Assembly (NCBI GenBank): GCA_036840065.1
Contig: DAITZZ010000006.1
Span: forward strand, 8,465-72,464
Reading direction: 5' to 3'
Length of the DNA: 64,000 bases
DNA from: a bacterium
Lineage (GTDB): Bacteria; Bacteroidota; Ignavibacteria; Kapaibacteriales; Kapaibacteriaceae
Shown here in pieces: positions 38,201-48,117 of this stretch. Below the pieces are notes generated by a model that worked only from the letters and a program-made list of their open reading frames with translations, was not told the DNA's origin and ran no database searches. How positions within the stretch are numbered: position 1 is the stretch's first letter; every line of letters starts with the position of its first letter. Made by a program: the position numbers and the translations under genes.

Positions 38201-39964
38201 GAACGTGCCAGCAGGCTGATACGGCTGGTTGACACCGTTGATGTCACAGCGGAAGACCTGTGAGATGTTCGTGTCACGAAGAGCAGCGTCCGTCACAGCA
38301 CGCGAAGTGTTGTAAACGATCTTGCCTGTTGCCTCATTGACGATACGGAAACGTACGCGGAAGTTTGTGCCTTGCGGTACGTAGTTCACGCCCTGTGGAC
38401 CTTGAATGTCGTTGGTCAGGCTCTGAACAATGGCCACTGGCTGGATGGCGCCGAGGCGATCCTCACCAGCAAGCAGCTCGTAGTTGTTAGCCTGCGCTGG
38501 AGGAACAATCACCGAGAACGCGAGGTTGGCATTGCTGTTCTGCTGACGCACACGATACGACACGTTGATAACGCGAAGAACGTTGCGGAACTGCTTGAAC
38601 TTAATGGCCAGGAAGTCCTTCGGAACCGTGTTGTCGTCGTTACGCGAGCTGATAGCACGCACACCACCTGCAGGATCGACGTCCACGTTGTAGAGATACT
38701 CAGTGCTCTGCGTATACTTTGGAGCGTTGAAGTCAAGCGTCGTGATTGTCGGCATGACCGACGGGAAACCGTTCCAGCTCAGACGGCGAGCCGGACCAGT
38801 AACACCGACCGTTGAATTACAACGCATCCAGACGGTAGCGGCATACGGAGAAATTGCCGTACGTGGAGCAAGACCCGAGAATCGCTCGTACTGGATCGTT
38901 ACCGAACTGTCACTACGATTCAGCGTAACCTGGAGCGACCAGCGAAGGTGCTCTCCAAGACCGGGACGATTGTTGGCTGCGAATGTCACGTTATACTGAG
39001 GACCACCACCGGAGCGGGCTGTCTTGGCACCGATCGGTGTGAGGTTCACGTAGTAAATGACAAGCTTGTCGTTCGATGGCGAGCGCTTGTAATAGACGCG
39101 CGAGAAGTCATCGACAGCGTTGTCGTTCGGGTTGTAGACCGATACCTGAAGGTCGTCCCATGACGGCGCAATAAGTTGCGGAAGCACACCACTCCAGTTA
39201 GCCGCAATGCTATTGGCATCAAGCATGCGGTTCGTCGTCGTGCGAATACCGGCCGTTGGGCTGCCTGGATTGCCACCGCAGGCAACGTTGTTGTATCCCC
39301 AGTTGTCGAGTGTAGCGTCCGTCATCCCGTCGCCCGATCGCGAACGTGTGTCATCGGACATCGGGTCGTACGCCGAAAACACGCCAGGGCGTACTTCAAG
39401 CGACTGACGAGCAATAGGGTATCCGAACTGATCGATCGAATAGAAGTAGCGACGATTCGACAGGGCGATCAGACCGTTCGTCGACACGTAGAACGAGTCC
39501 TGGCGAACACCGTTGAAGAAGAACGGGAAACCAATCGAGATCGGTCCGGCAAAGGCGTTGTCGGTCGAGTCACGTGCGTCCCCAGGATTGCGGAAGAACG
39601 CCCAGCCACCGTAAATGTTCTGGGTCGGATCCGTCCAGTATGCTGTCGGAAGCTGCTTTGCCCCCGACAGGATTCGACGCCACGTACCTGGTTCGGTAAG
39701 GGTGTCGACAAACTGTGAAGGATCTGGGCGCCAGAAATCCGGTGCCTCGTCGTCCGAGTCCACGAAGTAATACCCCGTGGAGATGGCTGGATTCGTGCGC
39801 GCGTTCGGACCATTGGCCGTGAACGGCTGCGGATAGGACGCCACCGGCGTACGCTGTCCGCTCTTGCGCAACACGTCTTCGCCATCCTTTTCGTCGGCAG
39901 CCATAGCGAGCGAAACGCTCACAAGCCCCGTCATGAGAACAAGGAATAGCAGTCTGCGGCTCAT
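35237..39964 (-). CDS. giant secreted protein of unknown function, T9SS type-A cargo (paralogue 2, about 1575 aa)
   Basis: Start placed at ATG 39964 (MSRRLLFLVLMTGLVSVSLAMA, GAGG 7 nt upstream). The ORF-track extension to 40264 has no signal peptide and runs into purN. The tail is YPNPSNGKTTFTF...SGSYMYKLTVGE...LTIVR. It shares the conserved blocks of paralogue 1. Confidence 0.85.
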   Translation of the reverse strand: MSRRLLFLVLMTGLVSVSLAMAADEKDGEDVLRKSGQRTPVASYPQPFTANGPNARTNPAISTGYYFVDSDDEAPDFWRPDPSQFVDTLTEPGTWRRILSGAKQLPTAYWTDPTQNIYGGWAFFRNPGDARDSTDNAFAGPISIGFPFFFNGVRQDSFYVSTNGLIALSNRRYFYSIDQFGYPIARQSLEVRPGVFSAYDPMSDDTRSRSGDGMTDATLDNWGYNNVACGGNPGSPTAGIRTTTNRMLDANSIAANWSGVLPQLIAPSWDDLQVSVYNPNDNAVDDFSRVYYKRSPSNDKLVIYYVNLTPIGAKTARSGGGPQYNVTFAANNRPGLGEHLRWSLQVTLNRSDSSVTIQYERFSGLAPRTAISPYAATVWMRCNSTVGVTGPARRLSWNGFPSVMPTITTLDFNAPKYTQSTEYLYNVDVDPAGGVRAISSRNDDNTVPKDFLAIKFKQFRNVLRVINVSYRVRQQNSNANLAFSVIVPPAQANNYELLAGEDRLGAIQPVAIVQSLTNDIQGPQGVNYVPQGTNFRVRFRIVNEATGKIVYNTSRAVTDAALRDTNISQVFRCDINGVNQPYQPAGTFVLPYEFIKVIFPPFEPNPFIDDQIGRLLTTVIAEPKDSINQPIGDQWPFDDTTSIRIFSMRRLTSFSDDVNEYHLIGGAAMPSVLKWVNIESEVVDGDEVTNNPPPPRGEYAAANSDIFRLKSPVIRMNRLNLANVDIPVIGQYGGDELRSFPINLVRRKRAVLSISYQRSGRLTNIGRGFSDNRLIGPEHRVNMLAVNGFTPGFRNPDRLLVEFARPSFDGLTNITNIQTWTLDYMGRGTQYLQPFQVWGGGGFARGFDIADYNLQLTNTTTPPLGGLREDLFDDGKDAEYYKVTIPIPDTVLRWVNEGARNFRFRLRASCVMNSIPPAPSDDEDNFYIDNVKLLFPDEVTDIEFSNIQLIWPYTMAPASQATRVPIRVKLSNNTNIAAPAFSVKLWIKPDGNESQQIYCRSITVPTLAGNREVILPFPDANFRTTTPGNYKITGRIFFPGNDLDTLNDSTFTMFRMTFGPAFAYETNPANPANDVPKIQFSGVTGKGLNHGGFSAGANGSSWQSLLTGPNQQYTAGSTWGTFPNPLAGAQMYGADAGNSSGQLAMRFTLYSQDTLAGYQAFWAELNQDVLNISFSLYRDQGGVPGDERIANSTILRRRGEDETGAFTEPQFGKYVTYLLATPVVIPPGEYWASVAQMGTEGYELGASETRMGMVTTLYSDVPVFGIGNRSLLIDKNFRVRNRAGSLLNDNRFAYEMTRFSGDWVPFTPTIGNPGYPHLDAMGGSLGYATFTRGSWIPLIRPFFGNRSFSNPPLFINCESNPVELSFFDAKGRSAGVDLFWETASETNNVGFHVERRAVKEVHNLTTGKASFTCVDNTTDANNPWKNVGFVAGSGNSNTTLNYKFFDADVTTGVSYQYRLRQVDASGANNFSNVVDVEFGNNASVALDNSYPNPSNGKTTFTFTVPQSSRVKLQVFDLMGNVVKNVYDNVVAGQSTAYAVEWDGRGEDGVDVASGSYMYKLTVGETILSKTLTIVR

Positions 39965-40109
39965 GCAAACCTCGATGAAACTGTGATGAAGTATGTGTGT
40001 TTGGTTTTCACTTTGAACAGTCTTCTCTGCGATGAAGAGACGTAACAACATTGCAGAACGCACATAGTTACATGTGCAACAATGCGCTCCGCCCCTTTCA
40101 GCGTCCTTC

Positions 40110-40138
40110 AATATTCTGATTTTGGGCGAATTAGTCAA
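40110..40138 (-). promoter_or_regulatory. candidate sigma-70-type promoter for giant paralogue 2
   Basis: Minus strand reads TTGACT-N17-AATATT, about 145 nt upstream of the ATG. This is pattern only. FCB promoters often differ from this consensus. Confidence 0.3.
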
Positions 40139-40181
40139 ACAAATTTTCTGCACACGGCAAAGCAGGGGGACGGAATTAGCA

Positions 40182-40793
40182 TTAGCGATTTTCCGGTCCA
40201 GATTGTTCGATGACAACGCATTTGGCGTAGTGGTCCAACGCCCGAGGAAACAGGACGTGTTCAAGATTCTTCACACGGTCCTGAAGTTGTTCGGGTGTAT
40301 CGTCGGGAAACACCTCCACGGTTGCCTGAGAGATGATCGAGCCTTCGTCGTATTCTTCGGTCACCAGGTGCACCGTGGCACCGCTGACGGCTTCTGCCGC
40401 GGCAATGACGGCCCGATGAACGTGAATCCCGTACATCCCCTTACCACCATGATTAGGTAAAAGTGCGGGGTGTATGTTAATAACTCTGCCGTGAAGGAAA
40501 TCGATGACCTGCGGTGAAATCTTGCGCATGAAGCCAGCCAGGGCCAGAATCCCGATGCCATTGTCGTGAAGAGCCCCGATGAGGGTCCTCTCCCAGTCCG
40601 ATGGTGGCAGAATGCACATGGGAACGCCAAAATGCCGGGCAACATCGGTGATACCGGCATCGGGCCGCGTTGAAACTACTAGCACGACGCGGTACGAAGC
40701 GCCGGGTTTGAGACCGTGTTCTATCAGTGCCCGGGCATTCGTGCCGGTGCCACTGCCCAGTACGGCAACGCGAAGCGGCAAGGCGGATACCAC
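40182..40793 (-). CDS. purN: phosphoribosylglycinamide formyltransferase
   Basis: VAVLGSGTGTNARAL, NIHPALLPNHGGKGMYG and ATVHLVTEEYDEG motifs. Confidence 0.9.
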   Translation of the reverse strand: MVSALPLRVAVLGSGTGTNARALIEHGLKPGASYRVVLVVSTRPDAGITDVARHFGVPMCILPPSDWERTLIGALHDNGIGILALAGFMRKISPQVIDFLHGRVINIHPALLPNHGGKGMYGIHVHRAVIAAAEAVSGATVHLVTEEYDEGSIISQATVEVFPDDTPEQLQDRVKNLEHVLFPRALDHYAKCVVIEQSGPENR

Positions 40794-40796
40794 CGG

Positions 40797-43700
40797 CTAC
40801 CTGCCTTCGACAAGATTCGGAGCAAGCCAGCGCTGCATATCGGCAACGTCCATTGCCTTGCGTGCCGCGTAGTCATGCAGCTGATCGGCAAGAATGCCGT
40901 TGACGGCGAAATAGGTTGCCTGTGGATGGGCAAAATACCAGCCGCTGACGCTTGATGCGGGAACCATGGCCATGCTCTCGGTCAGACTGATACCGATGGA
41001 TGACGGCGCATCCAGAAGGCGAAACAGCGTCGGTTTTTCGGTGTGATCCGGACATGCTGGATAGCCTGGTGCAGGTCGGATGCCCTGATACTGCTCGTCA
41101 AGCAGCATGCTAACGGCGGAAGGGGCTTGCGTTTCATATCCCCAGATGTCCTGCCGCACACGCTCGTGCAGCCACTCGGCGCAGGCCTCGGCAAGACGAT
41201 CGGCAAGCGCCTTGACAAGAATAGCGGAGTAGTCGTCGTTGTCCCGCACGTATCGGGCGGCAAGCTCATCGACGCCGTCGCCTATGCACACGGCAAACGC
41301 CCCGATGTGGTCGCTGGTGCCGTCCGGCAGCCCGCTGGAATCAACGATAAAATCGGCCAGAGAGAGGTTCGGCAGACCCTGGGCTTTCTTTCCCTGCTGA
41401 CGCAGGAAATGCAGCGTTGTCGATCCGTCAACAATGATATCATCTTCTCCATCACGGCGCGCAGGGAACACTCCGCAGACTGCACGCGCGCGAAAAGCGC
41501 CGCTCGAAACGATCTCGTCGAGAAGTCGCGTGGCATCGTCAAACAGCGTTTTCGCCTGCGACCCCATGACTGGATCATCGAAGATCGCCGGATATCGCCC
41601 CTTCAGCTCCCAGGAGAGAAAGAACGGTGTCCAGTCAATGTAGTTCCGCAACATCGCCAGGTCGATGTGGTCAAAAGCATGCACGCCGGGCTTGCGCGGT
41701 GCTGGCGCTATCTGCGCAGGATCTACGCTGAGGGCGTTGTCGCGCGCTTGATCAAGGGATAGGAAGTTGCGTGCATCCGAGCGGCGTGCATACTCAGATC
41801 GTACACGCTCGTATTCCGAACGCACCGCGTCGGCATAGGCCACACGTCCCTCGCTCGAAAGCAGCGAGCCAACAACCGGCACGGCCTTCGAGGCATCAAG
41901 AACGTGAATCACCGGGAACGAGGCAACGGGTGCGATTTTCACCGCCGTATGCGTCCGTGATGTCGTCGCTCCACCGATGAGAAGGGGCTTGCGTACACCG
42001 CGTCGTTCCAATTCGCGAGCAACGTGGACCATTTCATCGAGTGACGGCGTGATCAGTCCCGACAGGCCAATCACATCCGCCCCCTCCTCGATTGCCGTAT
42101 CGATGATTCGCTCGGCAGGCACCATCACGCCCAGGTCAACAACTTTATAATTATTGCATCCGAGAACGACGCCAACAATGTTCTTGCCGATGTCATGCAC
42201 GTCGCCCTTGACCGTGGCCATGAGTACGACGCCGGCGTTCTGGTGCGTGGTTCCCAGCCTGCGCTTTTCCTCCTCCATGAACGGCGTCAGGATCGCAACG
42301 GCCTTCTTCATCACTCGCGCACTCTTTACCACCTGAGGAAGGAACATCTTGCCGGCACCGAACAGGTCGCCCACGTGGTTCATGCCGTCCATGAGCGGAC
42401 CTTCGATGATCGAGAGCGGCGTCGGATACTGGATCATCGCCTCAGCTACATCGACATCAATGAATTCCGTCACGCCGCGCACGAGTGCGTGCTTAAGCCG
42501 CTCAGACAGCGGAGAATCTCGCCATGCTTCTACAGTTTCATCATTCTGACGATGCTCTGCAACCGTTGCTGCAAATGCAAGCATCCGTTCCGTGGCATCC
42601 GAACGCCGGTTGAGGATCACATCCTCGGCATGTTCCAGCAGCTCTTTCGGGATCTCGTCGTACACGTCGATCTGACCGGCGTTGACGATACCCATGTCAA
42701 GTCCGGCGGCAATGGCATGGTACAGGAACACCGTATGCATGGCCCGCCGCACGGGCTCATTGCCGCGGAAGGAAAAGGAGATGTTGCTGACTCCTCCACT
42801 GACCTTTGCAAGCGGAAGGTTGGCCTTGATCCAGGACGTCGCCCTGATGAAGTCAACAGCATAGTTGTTATGCTCGTCAATTCCCGTGGCAACCGTCAGA
42901 ATATTCGGGTCGAAGATGATGTCCTGGGGAGCAATGCCTAATCGCTTGGTCAGAATGTCATATGCTCGTTTGCAAACCTCAATGCGGCGCTCATAGGTGT
43001 CCGCCTGCCCTGCTTCGTCGAACGCCATTACGATGATCGCCGCACCGTAATCGCGGCAGAGGGTGGCCCGCCGTATGAACTCGTCTTCCCCATCTTTAAG
43101 CGAGATGGAGTTAACAATCGCCTTGCCCTGCACGCAGCACAGTCCGGCCTCAAGCACGGTCCACTTCGATGAATCGATCATGATCGGTACCCGCGAGATG
43201 TCGGGCTCGGCAGCAATCAGATTCAGGAACGTGGTCATGGCCTTCTCCGAGTCGAGCAGGCCCTCGTCCATATTCACGTCAATAATCTGTGCACCGTTCT
43301 CAACCTGCTGCCGGGCAACATCAAGCGCCCGCTCATAGTCACCGGCAAGGATCATTTTCGCGAAGGCACGCGATCCGGACACATTCGTGCGCTCTCCGAC
43401 GTTGACGAAGTTGGTCTCGGGACGGATCTCGACCATTTCGAGACCGCTCAGGCGCATGGTTGGCACGGCCGTCATTGGTATGCGCGGACTCCTGCCCGAA
43501 ACCGCCTCGGACATCGCCCGAATGTGATCAGGCGTCGTGCCGCAGCACCCACCGAGAATGTTCAGAAATCCTGCCTCGGCATACTCTCTGGCCTGGGCCG
43601 CCATGTACTCCGGCGACTCGTCGTAACCGCCCATGGCATTGGGCAGGCCGGCATTCGGATAGAGCGAGACGTAGGCCGACGAAACGTTGGAGAGTTCCTC

Positions 43701-44465
43701 GATGAAGGGGCGCATCATGGCCGAACCGAGAGCGCAGTTAAGTCCCACCGATAACAGATTTCGCGCGTGGGCGATCGAGGTCCAGAATGCCGACGGAGTC
43801 TGACCCGAGAGGGTACGACCCGACATGTCGGTGATGGTACCGCTAATCATAACAGGAATCGTCACCTGCCGCTCATCGACCAGTTCGGCCCATGCCTTGA
43901 GCGCTGCCTTGGCGTTGAGCGTATCGGTGATGGTCTCGAGAAGGATCAGATCAATGCCCCCTTCAAGCAGCCCCAGGAGCTGTTCGCGGTACGACCGTCG
44001 CATCTGGTCGAACGTCACCGAGCGCGCTCCGGGATCATTCACATCGGGTGACATCGAGAGCATCTTCGTGGTGGGTCCTATGGATCCTGCGACAAACCGC
44101 GGACGGTCAGGCGTCAGACGCGTGATCTCGTCAGCGGCCTGACGTGCCAGGATCGCCCCCTGACGGTTGATCTCCCGCGCCAGATCCGAAAGGCCATATT
44201 CGGCCTGACCCATAGGCGTGGAGGAGAACGTGTTTGTCTCGATGATGTCGGCACCGGCCCGCAGGTACTCCAGATGAATACTCCGGATCGCCTCGGGCTG
44301 CGTCAGCACGAGCAGGTCGTTGTTTCCCCGAAGAGACGTGGCATGGTCTTTAAACCGCTCTCCGCGGTAGTCTTCCTCCGTCAGTCGGAGGCGCTGGATC
44401 ATGGTGCCCATGGCACCGTCAAGCATGAGAATGCGCTGTTGGAGAAGCCGGCGAACGTCGTTCAT
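40797..44465 (-). CDS. metH: cobalamin-dependent methionine synthase
   Basis: 1222 aa with Hcy-binding, pterin-binding, B12-binding ([11 protein letters not shown]) and AdoMet-activation modules in the canonical order. Confidence 0.95.
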   Translation of the reverse strand: MNDVRRLLQQRILMLDGAMGTMIQRLRLTEEDYRGERFKDHATSLRGNNDLLVLTQPEAIRSIHLEYLRAGADIIETNTFSSTPMGQAEYGLSDLAREINRQGAILARQAADEITRLTPDRPRFVAGSIGPTTKMLSMSPDVNDPGARSVTFDQMRRSYREQLLGLLEGGIDLILLETITDTLNAKAALKAWAELVDERQVTIPVMISGTITDMSGRTLSGQTPSAFWTSIAHARNLLSVGLNCALGSAMMRPFIEELSNVSSAYVSLYPNAGLPNAMGGYDESPEYMAAQAREYAEAGFLNILGGCCGTTPDHIRAMSEAVSGRSPRIPMTAVPTMRLSGLEMVEIRPETNFVNVGERTNVSGSRAFAKMILAGDYERALDVARQQVENGAQIIDVNMDEGLLDSEKAMTTFLNLIAAEPDISRVPIMIDSSKWTVLEAGLCCVQGKAIVNSISLKDGEDEFIRRATLCRDYGAAIIVMAFDEAGQADTYERRIEVCKRAYDILTKRLGIAPQDIIFDPNILTVATGIDEHNNYAVDFIRATSWIKANLPLAKVSGGVSNISFSFRGNEPVRRAMHTVFLYHAIAAGLDMGIVNAGQIDVYDEIPKELLEHAEDVILNRRSDATERMLAFAATVAEHRQNDETVEAWRDSPLSERLKHALVRGVTEFIDVDVAEAMIQYPTPLSIIEGPLMDGMNHVGDLFGAGKMFLPQVVKSARVMKKAVAILTPFMEEEKRRLGTTHQNAGVVLMATVKGDVHDIGKNIVGVVLGCNNYKVVDLGVMVPAERIIDTAIEEGADVIGLSGLITPSLDEMVHVARELERRGVRKPLLIGGATTSRTHTAVKIAPVASFPVIHVLDASKAVPVVGSLLSSEGRVAYADAVRSEYERVRSEYARRSDARNFLSLDQARDNALSVDPAQIAPAPRKPGVHAFDHIDLAMLRNYIDWTPFFLSWELKGRYPAIFDDPVMGSQAKTLFDDATRLLDEIVSSGAFRARAVCGVFPARRDGEDDIIVDGSTTLHFLRQQGKKAQGLPNLSLADFIVDSSGLPDGTSDHIGAFAVCIGDGVDELAARYVRDNDDYSAILVKALADRLAEACAEWLHERVRQDIWGYETQAPSAVSMLLDEQYQGIRPAPGYPACPDHTEKPTLFRLLDAPSSIGISLTESMAMVPASSVSGWYFAHPQATYFAVNGILADQLHDYAARKAMDVADMQRWLAPNLVEGR

Positions 44466-45172
44466 TCCGGCAAATCTACGGTGTAATCAAGGATGACGAC
44501 TGAATCACCATCGATGCGGTAACGGAAGCGCGCATGGCGCAGCGACAGCACATAATGGTGCGGCCCGACGCATCGGATGCGGCGATATGGATGGGGCAGC
44601 GGGTCGACCGAGAGCGTGCGCTCCACGTAAAGGCGCTCATCCGGCGGTATGCTCGCATCCACGCAGTCCCAGATGACCCTATGATTCGGCTCTGGGTTAT
44701 CATCGACCCACGCGATCCTGCTCTGCGGGAAAGCATCGGCATAGGCCAGATAGGGCTTTACATCCAGCACCGGCGTACCGTCGAGCAGATCCGTATCCTC
44801 GATATGCAGCATACGTCCGTCAACGCGCAGCAGTCGGACGCAGGTAAGCCCGATCGGATTCGGGCGGTGAGGTGACCTTGTTGCCAGAACTCCCCGCTTG
44901 CGTCGCCCGCGAGGAGGAAGTACAAGGGGCTTCCAGTTCTGTATCCGATCGAAAACGGTCACCAGCCAGATCCGCTCGCACCCGGACAGATCCTGCACGG
45001 CCTGCTCGAAGTTCTCATGCGGCCTGAGTTCCACCACTGCCGACACTCGGTGCTCATCGCGGTTGGGCTGACGCGGTGCGTCGTATCGACGCACATGCGA
45101 CGTCCGAACGTGGCCGATCGGGCGAAACGTCCACGTCTGTGGTTCGCCCCCTTCAGGATGATCATTGTTCAT
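44462..45172 (-). CDS. trmO: tRNA (t6A37-N6)-methyltransferase TrmO/TsaA family
   Basis: [21 protein letters not shown] and [11 protein letters not shown] motifs. Start placed at ATG 45172, which avoids overlap with the upstream gene. ATGA-type overlap with the metH start. Confidence 0.8.
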   Translation of the reverse strand: MNNDHPEGGEPQTWTFRPIGHVRTSHVRRYDAPRQPNRDEHRVSAVVELRPHENFEQAVQDLSGCERIWLVTVFDRIQNWKPLVLPPRGRRKRGVLATRSPHRPNPIGLTCVRLLRVDGRMLHIEDTDLLDGTPVLDVKPYLAYADAFPQSRIAWVDDNPEPNHRVIWDCVDASIPPDERLYVERTLSVDPLPHPYRRIRCVGPHHYVLSLRHARFRYRIDGDSVVILDYTVDLPE

Positions 45173-45218
45173 GGGTCTTCCGAGCGGAGCCCCCCGAGGT
45201 GCAACTCCGGTGTCATGA

Positions 45219-45965
45219 TTACCACGCCGCACCGATCGAGAGCGCGATGAAAAGACCGCCAAAGTTGGTGATCGGCTTGCCGCGAATGCTCTCTAGTCCG
45301 TCTCCACCAAATGGAATGGCGTAGTATTTGACGCTGACACCGACCTGGTTGCCCTTGCCGACGGGGCCGAACACCGCACCGCCCCCGAGCATCACGCCCA
45401 TCCGGGGATACAGAGTTGCACTGCCGAAAGATTCGAAAAACTCGAAGTATCGGGGGGGATTGTAGAAGTCGCCCTCGTCGATGTACGGCGTCCTGATGAT
45501 TCCCGCGCCCGTCGCACCAAAGGCAACGTATGGACGAAAGGTCTCCTGCAGCGATTCGCGAAAGAGTCTGTATTGAATCGACACCGTCAGGGGTACCATG
45601 AACAGACGGTTGACCTTTTCAGCAACGATCGGTATCACACCGTTGAGCAGCGCGTTGTCAAACTCGTCCGTATTGCGCCGGCCACTGATGAAGGCATCAA
45701 TGTTGAGCGTTATACCACTGCCGAGCTCAAATCCGTAATACCCACCAAAGGCCCAGCCGCTGGATGACAGGAGAATGTTCGCGCCGGCGCCGTTGTATGC
45801 GACCGCCTGGCTTGTCACATCGTCCATCAGCGGGCGCACGGGGCGGAACATGATGGTGGTGTCGGTCACCGGAAGATCACCGCCGGTAACCTGCGCCCTC
45901 AGACCGGCCCAGGGGGCGATCAGCATTGCGAGCAGTAAAAACACGTGATGAGGGCGTGTGACCAT
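45219..45965 (-). CDS. hypothetical outer-membrane beta-barrel-like protein
   Basis: Signal peptide (LLLAMLIAPWAGLRAQ), alternating Gly/aromatic-rich strands and an aromatic C-terminus (GAAW). No family recognised. Confidence 0.55.
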   Translation of the reverse strand: MVTRPHHVFLLLAMLIAPWAGLRAQVTGGDLPVTDTTIMFRPVRPLMDDVTSQAVAYNGAGANILLSSSGWAFGGYYGFELGSGITLNIDAFISGRRNTDEFDNALLNGVIPIVAEKVNRLFMVPLTVSIQYRLFRESLQETFRPYVAFGATGAGIIRTPYIDEGDFYNPPRYFEFFESFGSATLYPRMGVMLGGGAVFGPVGKGNQVGVSVKYYAIPFGGDGLESIRGKPITNFGGLFIALSIGAAW

Positions 45966-46058
45966 TTGGTAGTAGTGAGGTGGACAGACGAGTACAAATC
46001 TACAACGCAGTCAGTGTGGATAACATTGCTAATCCTTTCAGTTTCCGTAGTTTAGCGG

Positions 46059-46883
46059 TTGATGACCCATACCGAATTCCACAATGTCCTCAAACGCACG
46101 TTTCCGCTCGAAAGTGCAATGTCCGGCGACAATGTCGGCCTCCAGGTCCGGAGCGCCTCGGAAACAGTAGAATCGGTGCTGACCTGTATGGAGATCACCG
46201 ATGCGGTGGTCGACGAGGCCATCCGCCTGGGCATCGGGGCAATCGTGACGTTTCATCCGCTGATCTATTCGCCCCTTCTCAAATTGGACGCAAGCGAGCG
46301 CGTCACGCGGCTGCTTGCCAGGTGCATCCGAGCCGACATGAGCGTGTACTGCGTGCACACCGCCTTCGATGCGCACCCACGGGGCACCAATAAGCTGCTT
46401 GCAGACCGTCTCGGACTGACGCCTGAGTCGACCATCGTGCCCGGTGCGGCCACGCTCGACGGCGCGCATGGTGGTATGGGGCTTTTCACCACGTGCGACC
46501 TCGAATTCGACGATCTGCTTCAGCGTGTGGCCAGCGTCTGTGGCGCTCCAGTGCGCTTCTGTCCACCTGCCCACACACGCGTTCGACGTGTTGCCATCGT
46601 CGCCGGCAGCGGCATGTCGTTCTTCGATCAGGTCGTTGCTCGGGCTGACGTGTTTATTACCGCCGACGTCAAGTATCACGCATTTCATGCTGCGCAGAAC
46701 GTGATCGGGCTTATCGATCCGGGACATTTTGAGATGGAACAGTTCGTCGCCCGCGGCATAGCCGACGAGCTCGAGCGTGTCCTTGATGACTGCACCGTTC
46801 ACTGCAGCACGGTCATGACCAGCCCTGTGGGATACTACACGGCGACCTCCACATTCGACAACAGATTCGTTTCAGTTTTGTAA
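46059..46883 (+). CDS. Nif3-like dinuclear metal centre protein (YbgI/GTP cyclohydrolase 1 type 2 homologue)
   Basis: SGDNVGLQV, AIVTFHPLIY, VHTAFD and IDPGHFEME motifs. Confidence 0.85.
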   Translation: MMTHTEFHNVLKRTFPLESAMSGDNVGLQVRSASETVESVLTCMEITDAVVDEAIRLGIGAIVTFHPLIYSPLLKLDASERVTRLLARCIRADMSVYCVHTAFDAHPRGTNKLLADRLGLTPESTIVPGAATLDGAHGGMGLFTTCDLEFDDLLQRVASVCGAPVRFCPPAHTRVRRVAIVAGSGMSFFDQVVARADVFITADVKYHAFHAAQNVIGLIDPGHFEMEQFVARGIADELERVLDDCTVHCSTVMTSPVGYYTATSTFDNRFVSVL

Positions 46884-46902
46884 CCCTAACTGCGGAGCAT
46901 GC

Positions 46903-47646
46903 ATGGAAGAACAACTCCAACTTCTGGCCCAACTGGCAGCCGTCGATGCGGAACTCGATGAGCTGCACGACGAACTTGGAGACCTCCCGGCCGAGGTCAA
47001 GAAGATCGAGAAGGTTGTGCGTGCCAAGCAGGATGCCGTCGACACTACCAAGGCGGCCATCGACGAACTCAACCAGCTCCGAAGCACGGCCCACGTGACC
47101 ATGCAGGAGAGTCATGACAAGGAGCAGAAGCTGGCCCAGCAGCAGTTCCAGGTCAAGAATAATCGTGAGTTTGACGCGATCACCAAAGAGATCGAGCACC
47201 TCAAGCAGGAACGTGCCGATCTTGACGAGCGGCTTCGCACCGCAGGTGTGACCGAGGAAAACCTCACGACAACACTGCAGCAGCAGCAAGCGGAGCTCGA
47301 TGAGGTCCACTCAAAGCTGGTCGACAAGGAAAAGGCACTCGAAGTACTTTCCGGTGATCAGAATGAGGACCTGAAGAAGTTCATCGCTCTGCGACTGAAG
47401 ATCATCGCCAAGCTTGACGACACTCTGGAAGCGGAATACGAGCGCATTCGTACGTTCCACAGCGAGGCCGCCGTGGCACTTAGGAAGAACTCCTGCAGTG
47501 GCTGTTACTCGGCGATCCCTTCGCAGCGGATCATGGAAATGAAGTACCAGCGCGACAAGCTCTACACCTGCGAGAACTGCGGTCGTATTCTCTTTACGGA
47601 GGACGTTGCCGTGGACATCGAGGAGCTGCTCGAAGCACAGGGCTGA
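46903..47646 (+). CDS. coiled-coil protein with C4 zinc ribbon (COG1579/DUF164 type)
   Basis: Long heptad-rich N-terminus followed by CSGCYSAIP...CENCGRIL. It is the usual partner gene downstream of NIF3. Confidence 0.8.
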   Translation: MEEQLQLLAQLAAVDAELDELHDELGDLPAEVKKIEKVVRAKQDAVDTTKAAIDELNQLRSTAHVTMQESHDKEQKLAQQQFQVKNNREFDAITKEIEHLKQERADLDERLRTAGVTEENLTTTLQQQQAELDEVHSKLVDKEKALEVLSGDQNEDLKKFIALRLKIIAKLDDTLEAEYERIRTFHSEAAVALRKNSCSGCYSAIPSQRIMEMKYQRDKLYTCENCGRILFTEDVAVDIEELLEAQG

Positions 47647-47660
47647 TCTTTTATCGACAA

Positions 47661-48117
47661 CGTAGTCGGGGATCCCGGGCAACTGCCGGCGGCACTCCTT
47701 GCGATTTCCGCCGGAGGAAAGTCCGAACTCCGCAGAACAATGCGCTTCCTAACGGGAAGGTGCCAAGCTCGGCGGCCTCGTGCCGCCGGGCGAGGCAACG
47801 GAAAGTGCAGCAGAAAGACACCGCCGATGGCCCGTGCTTGCATGGGATCAGGTAAGGGTGAAATGGTGGGGTAAGAGCCCACCGGCAGACGGGTGACCGT
47901 CTGGCTCGGTAAACCCCGCATGGAGCAAGACCAAGCAGGGCGTTGGCTACCCTCGGGTGGCGGACGGCTGTTCGTCGTTCCTCGTCCCCATACAGGGGCG
48001 AACAACGTCCGGGTAGGTCGCTTGAGGTCGATGGCAACATCGATCCCAGATAAATGGTTGCCTCCCCCACCCCGGTGGGGAAGACAGAATTCGGCTTACA
48101 GGGGTCTCCGTACTACG
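47661..48117 (+). ncRNA. rnpB: RNase P RNA, bacterial type A
   Basis: Conserved blocks GGAGGAAAGUCCG, GAUCAGGUAAGGGUGAAA, GGUAAGAGCCCACC, GGUAAAC, GCAAGACC and ACAGAAUUCGGCUUAC. P1 pairing of 5' CGUAGUCGGGGA with 3' UCUCCGUACUACG. Confidence 0.9.

Noticed and set aside
39965-40264. N-terminal 100-residue extension of the giant paralogue 2 ORF
   Set aside because: The extension has no signal peptide, overlaps the purN 3' end and contains the candidate promoter. The internal ATG at 39964 is followed immediately by a classic signal peptide and preceded by GAGG.
41043-42941. Two ORFs of 239 and 248 aa on the + strand
   Set aside because: Both lie inside and antisense to metH, a full-length 1222-aa methionine synthase with all four modules.
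46020-46075. tRNA-like string CCGTAGTTTAGCGGTT upstream of NIF3
   Set aside because: No complementary D-stem or acceptor stem can be drawn, and the sequence runs directly into the NIF3 start codon.
46038-46802. 254-aa ORF on the - strand
   Set aside because: It is antisense to the NIF3-family gene, whose conserved motifs are on the + strand.
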